Below, one piece after another: positions 24,403 to 28,442 of a stretch of DNA of 28,442 nucleotides (its first letter is position 1; the number at the start of each line of letters is the position of its first letter). Source of the DNA: a virus (Duplodnaviria; Caudoviricetes); the IMG/VR virus record IMGVR_UViG_3300046778_000014, positions 1-28,442 of that record. One strand, given 5' to 3'. The translations under genes and the position numbers were made by a program. The notes beneath the pieces are model-generated. The model made no database searches. It was not told the DNA's origin and was given only the letters and a program-made list of their open reading frames with translations.

Positions 24403-27400
24403 ATGGCTAACGGAAAGCGCGAATTTGAGATTAAAATAAATGGTATTACCGAGAGTATAGACGGTGCTACTAAATTGGTGGATGTTCTTAATCAGATTGA
24501 GAACAAGGAAAAAACCGTTACAGTCGAAACCGAGAAGGGTAATAAAGCTCGCAAAGAAAAAAAACAAGCACTTACCGACGAGGAAAAAGCCCAAAAGAAG
24601 TTAGAGGAAATACGCAGAAAAGCCGAATTAGCAGAGGGCGACCTCAATAAACAAATTATAGCGGCTAATAGAGAACTCCGAGAAAGAACGAGAGCCGCTA
24701 CGTTGGGCGTTCAGGTACAAAACACGTCGGTAAACTCTATCGAAGGGATGCGGGCGCAATTAAACTTACTCCGTAATGAGTGGACTAAAACGGACGTAGG
24801 TAGCGAACGTTTCGCCGAACTTACCGAAGAGGTCGCAAACCTTACCGCAAAACTCAAAGAGGCCGAAGCCGCTACCGGGGATTTTCGTAGGAACGTGGGT
24901 AACTATGAAAGTGCCCTTAATGGATTAGAGGGAGGTATAGGAGGGTTAGAGGAGAGACTTAACGGGCTTAGTTCCTCTATGGAAAATTCGGCGAACATAG
25001 GGAACGGTCTAGCTAATACGTTTATGTTGGGTGCGGGGGTTATAGGTTTATTTGGTTCCCAATCCGAGGACACGGCTAAAGCTATGGAAAACGTACAAAA
25101 GATATTAGGTCTACTCTCTATAGCCCAATCTCTTAATAACGGTCTTATAAAATCCGGGACACTCCTTAAAATAAAAGACGCTTTAGCGGAGAAAGCCCGC
25201 GCCGTTCAAACCGCACTTTCTACCGTTGCTACAAACGCGTCTAGCGTATCTCTAAAATTATTCTCTAAGGCCTTAATCGCTACGGGTGTAGGTGCGTTTA
25301 TCGTTCTACTAGGAACCCTAGTAGCATATTTCGACGATATAAAAAAGGTGGTTCTCGACACCTTCCCCGCATTAAAAGACTTCGGAGAGTACCTAGATAA
25401 GTTTAAAGCTATAGCCGCGGGGGTTGGTAACGCCCTTATAACTTATATTCTTACTCCGTTTCGGGTTATCGGTGCGGTAGTAAAAAAAGTTATGGAGGGA
25501 GATATTAAGGGGGCCTTCGTGGATGGATTCGAGGAAGTTAAGAAAGGGTTTAATGTTGTAGAGAACTACCAAAAAGGGTTTGAGGAACAAACTATTAAAA
25601 ACCAAGAAAACGCGGTTAAAGAACGAGCTAAAATACGGGCGGAAGAGTTAGGCAACCAAATTAAGGATAACGAAGCTAAAGCGGGCTCGGATTGGAAATA
25701 CTCGGAGGAGGGCAAAAAAGCCTATGCGGATTTATTCGCGGCTAAACGGATTATGTACGCCGGGGATATTGAAGCTATGCGGGAATTACAACGCGAAGAG
25801 TGGAAGCACCTAGCGGATATACAAAAACACACCGACGAGGAGGTAAAGAAACGACGAGAAGCGGGACAACGGGTAGCGGATGCAAGAAAGCAAGCCCTAG
25901 ACTCGTATAAAAAAGCTCTCGAAAGTTTCCAATCCGAAACGCATAAGTTAGAACTAGCTAACGAGCAAAAACGAATAGACCTAGCTAAAGATACGGCGGA
26001 TAAATTAGTAGCGACGACTAAGGACGAGCTAGCTCTACGTAATTTAGCAATAGAGGATAGTTACGGTAGGCAAAGCGTTATAAATAAGAAGTTAGCCGAA
26101 GACGAAATTAAAGCCGTAGAAAAGACATACGAGGAGTTAATAGCTTCGGCTAAAAAAGCGGGACAAGATACCATAACCCTAGAAGCAGAAAAACAAGAAC
26201 GGTTAAAACAATTAAGGGAAAGCGCCGCAATTACAGAACTTACCCTTAATACTGAAAAGGACGAAAAAATAAAAGCCTCGAATAAAAAATTTAAGGAGGA
26301 AGAGGAAAAACGACAAAAGGATTTACTCGACATACAAAAACGTTGGGCGGACTTAAGCCTTAAGGAAGTCGAGAACCAATACCGAGATATACAAGACCTA
26401 TGCGAAAAGCTATTAGTCCGGGAACAAAACGGGATGCAATTAATAGATATTGACGCTACCCGTAAAAACTTGGAGGAGACGGATAAGGCTCTTAACGACT
26501 ATATAGGTAAGTTACAAACAGCTAAAACGAAACTTAAAGCCGTTCACGAAGAGAACCTTAAAACTCTTAAGAAAGGAACCCCGGAATACGAGGAGGAGCT
26601 TAACCGTTACGCGGATGCGGAATACTCCCTTAACAAGAAAATCGAAAAAGCTAACAAAGATAAAGCGGATAACGCTAAACAGACCGCTAACCTTGTCCTT
26701 AGTTATTGGCAAGATATGTTTACTAAAATTTCGGAAATAGCTAGCGGGGCTATGGACGGCGTAAACGTAATATTTGACGCTATTAACTCCGTATACCAAT
26801 CGCAGTTAGACGAGCTTAACGAGAAATACGACGAAATATCGGAACGATACGACGAAGTAGAGAAAAAGCGCGAGGAGTCCGCCGAAAGGATAAAAGACTT
26901 TGAACAACAAATACAAGAAGCCCAAGGAGGAACCGCCTTAGCGTTGAGAGAACAACTAGCCCGCGAAATGCAAGCTAAAGCGGAATTAGACCAAGAAGAG
27001 AAACGACTAGCCAAAGAAAAAGAGAAAAGGGAGGCCGAAATAGCTAAGAAAGAAAAACAAATGAAAAAGGCCCAACTCGTACAAGATATTGCGGGAGCCG
27101 CCGCTAACATAGCATTCGGTGTAACAAAAGCGTTAGGTCTTATTTTCCCTCTAAATACTATTGTAGCCGCCTTAGTCGCGGCTTCCGGGGCGGTACAAAT
27201 TGGAGTAATGACTAGACAGCTCGCAAAAATGGAAGACGGGGGACTATTAGCCGGCCCTTCTCATGCTAGCGGAGGTATGCGTATCCAAGGAACCAATATA
27301 GAGGTAGAAGGCGGAGAGTATGTAGTAAATAAGCGGAGTACCTCTAAAAACCAACAACTAATAGAATATATAAATAATTCTACCGAAACGGTTACGGCTA

Positions 27401-27603
27401 TAGATATAGCGAATTTACAAGGATTACCTATAGGAAATTACAGTAATACCCCGGACGTACAAGTACGGGATACGTATACTACGGAGGATAAAATACTAGA
27501 AGCTATAGAGGGTATAAACTTTAGACCCGTAGTGTCTGTAAAGGATATTAACGACGTTCAAAACAACATAGTAGACGTTACCGATATAGCGGGTATAGAC
27601 TAG
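24403..27603 (+). CDS. Tail tape measure protein
   Basis: 1066 aa, coiled-coil rich; RRNVGNY, ALIATGVGAFIVLLG hydrophobic segment, C-terminal GGLLAGPSHASGG...EGGEYVVN. Confidence 0.85.
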   Translation: MANGKREFEIKINGITESIDGATKLVDVLNQIENKEKTVTVETEKGNKARKEKKQALTDEEKAQKKLEEIRRKAELAEGDLNKQIIAANRELRERTRAATLGVQVQNTSVNSIEGMRAQLNLLRNEWTKTDVGSERFAELTEEVANLTAKLKEAEAATGDFRRNVGNYESALNGLEGGIGGLEERLNGLSSSMENSANIGNGLANTFMLGAGVIGLFGSQSEDTAKAMENVQKILGLLSIAQSLNNGLIKSGTLLKIKDALAEKARAVQTALSTVATNASSVSLKLFSKALIATGVGAFIVLLGTLVAYFDDIKKVVLDTFPALKDFGEYLDKFKAIAAGVGNALITYILTPFRVIGAVVKKVMEGDIKGAFVDGFEEVKKGFNVVENYQKGFEEQTIKNQENAVKERAKIRAEELGNQIKDNEAKAGSDWKYSEEGKKAYADLFAAKRIMYAGDIEAMRELQREEWKHLADIQKHTDEEVKKRREAGQRVADARKQALDSYKKALESFQSETHKLELANEQKRIDLAKDTADKLVATTKDELALRNLAIEDSYGRQSVINKKLAEDEIKAVEKTYEELIASAKKAGQDTITLEAEKQERLKQLRESAAITELTLNTEKDEKIKASNKKFKEEEEKRQKDLLDIQKRWADLSLKEVENQYRDIQDLCEKLLVREQNGMQLIDIDATRKNLEETDKALNDYIGKLQTAKTKLKAVHEENLKTLKKGTPEYEEELNRYADAEYSLNKKIEKANKDKADNAKQTANLVLSYWQDMFTKISEIASGAMDGVNVIFDAINSVYQSQLDELNEKYDEISERYDEVEKKREESAERIKDFEQQIQEAQGGTALALREQLAREMQAKAELDQEEKRLAKEKEKREAEIAKKEKQMKKAQLVQDIAGAAANIAFGVTKALGLIFPLNTIVAALVAASGAVQIGVMTRQLAKMEDGGLLAGPSHASGGMRIQGTNIEVEGGEYVVNKRSTSKNQQLIEYINNSTETVTAIDIANLQGLPIGNYSNTPDVQVRDTYTTEDKILEAIEGINFRPVVSVKDINDVQNNIVDVTDIAGID

Positions 27604-27604
27604 A

Positions 27605-27619
27605 ATTATCTATATTATA
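27605..27619 (+). promoter_or_regulatory. Candidate late promoter, copy 5 (ATTATCTATATTATA)
   Basis: Consensus match in the 29-nt gap before the prohead protease gene. Confidence 0.72.
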
Positions 27620-27632
27620 AATAGATAAAATT

Positions 27633-28442
27633 ATGAGTAAGAAATTACCAATATTTGCGTGTGAAATTGACGAAAAAGACGATACGGGTATATCCGCTAT
27701 CTCTTTTGTCGATTTTCCCGCGGTAGAAGTCGATTTTGTAGCCTTATCCAATCAAAAGAGAAAGCATAAGCTACACTTGAACGAGGATAAGCAGATTTTA
27801 ACGGGTGTAGTTCTCCAACCGGGACAACTCATATACAGGGAAGACGATAACAACGGAGAGTATTATATTACGTTCTCCGCGGAAACGATAGAAAAGATAG
27901 CCCGTAAAATGATGCGGACGGGAATAGCCCTACAAAACACTACGCACCAACACGAAAGAGGACTTACCGGGAATTACCTTTCCGAGATATGGATGGTTGA
28001 GAACCCCGACTTAGATAAATCCAAGGCTTTAGGCTTTGCGGGTCTTGCTAAGGGTACGTTAATGTGCAGTTATAGAGTTACCGATACAAACTATTGGAAA
28101 AGTGAAGTAAAAACGGGAAATGTTAAAGGGTTCTCGTTGGAAGGATTTTTTTACCAAAATAGAATTAATATTAATATGAATATGAATAAGAAAACTAAAT
28201 CAAATTTAGGCAAAAAAGAAACGCCTAAAAAGCAAGGTAAATTAGCGGCTTTTCTCCATTCTATAGGAGTCTTGTTAGAAGACGATAGCGCGGAGACAGT
28301 AGCGGAAGCCGAAGCAGTAGCGGAAGTAGCCCAAGAAGACGAAACCGCAAGCGGTACACCTCTATTAGCTTTTGAGCTAGCAGATGGTAATATTATCGAA
28401 GTGGATGGGGACGGATTCGCTACCATGAACGGGGAACAAGCT
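27633..28442 (+). CDS. XkdF-like prohead serine protease fused to a probable scaffold region (3'-truncated), not in the ORF track
   Basis: Open for 270 codons to the window end: MSKKLPIF...AISFVDFPAVEVDF...QLIYR...YYITFSAETI...TTHQH...EIWMVE...GTLMCSY...KTGNVKGFSLEG, then an acidic region. Confidence 0.88.
   Translation, partial: MSKKLPIFACEIDEKDDTGISAISFVDFPAVEVDFVALSNQKRKHKLHLNEDKQILTGVVLQPGQLIYREDDNNGEYYITFSAETIEKIARKMMRTGIALQNTTHQHERGLTGNYLSEIWMVENPDLDKSKALGFAGLAKGTLMCSYRVTDTNYWKSEVKTGNVKGFSLEGFFYQNRININMNMNKKTKSNLGKKETPKKQGKLAAFLHSIGVLLEDDSAETVAEAEAVAEVAQEDETASGTPLLAFELADGNIIEVDGDGFATMNGEQA

Larger units (their letters stand above)
1..28442. mobile_element. Segment of a tailed dsDNA bacteriophage genome (siphovirus-like, probable Bacteroidota host)
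   Basis: Contiguous replication, packaging, lysis, portal, tail, tape measure and prohead protease genes with overlapping stop/start codons; no host housekeeping genes. Prophage versus free phage cannot be decided here. Confidence 0.95.

Noticed and set aside
2896-27603. Stop-codon reassignment, introns or inteins
   Set aside because: Polymerase, primase, helicase, TerL and tape measure genes are uninterrupted and of ordinary length in the standard code, and TAA, TAG and TGA all serve as stops.
388-28426. Numerous antisense ORFs in the track (for example 388..735, 3987..4463, 17194..17577, 26703..27110, 28151..28426)
   Set aside because: Shadows of well-supported genes on the opposite strand with no recognisable motifs; scarcity of TCA/TGA also lengthens spurious frames.

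Overview
The whole window is a densely coding segment of a tailed dsDNA phage, probably infecting Bacteroidota (inferred from AT-rich start regions without Shine-Dalgarno sequences and from the style of the structural and lysis genes). No host genes, integrase, RNA genes or CRISPR array are visible. Positions 1-12193 hold an APSE/SPO2-type replication module: DUF2800 nuclease, DUF2815 SSB, family A DNA polymerase, C5 DNA methyltransferase, SprT-like protease, primase/VirE helicase, an iteron-rich origin-like spacer, VRR-NUC nuclease, SNF2 helicase and a sigma-factor-like HTH protein. Positions 12236-28442 hold late genes: TerS, TerL, M15 endolysin, spanin-like protein, a minus-strand portal/adaptor/holin block, tail genes, tape measure protein and an XkdF-type prohead protease. 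Highlights not explained by the ORF track: (1) a 15-bp motif WTTATCTATAHTMTA in five copies at the heads of the late gene blocks, the first directly after the sigma-like gene; (2) a T9 slippery tract with about 88 codons open in two frames, suggesting a -1 frameshift in a tail chaperone gene; (3) strong avoidance of CAG/CTG, TCA/TGA and GATC; (4) a nested inverted-repeat/iteron region at 9526-9933; (5) the 24-bp repeat at the window start encodes NVKAYDSA repeats in a different frame from the one in the track. All product calls come from motif recognition and synteny; no database searches were run.
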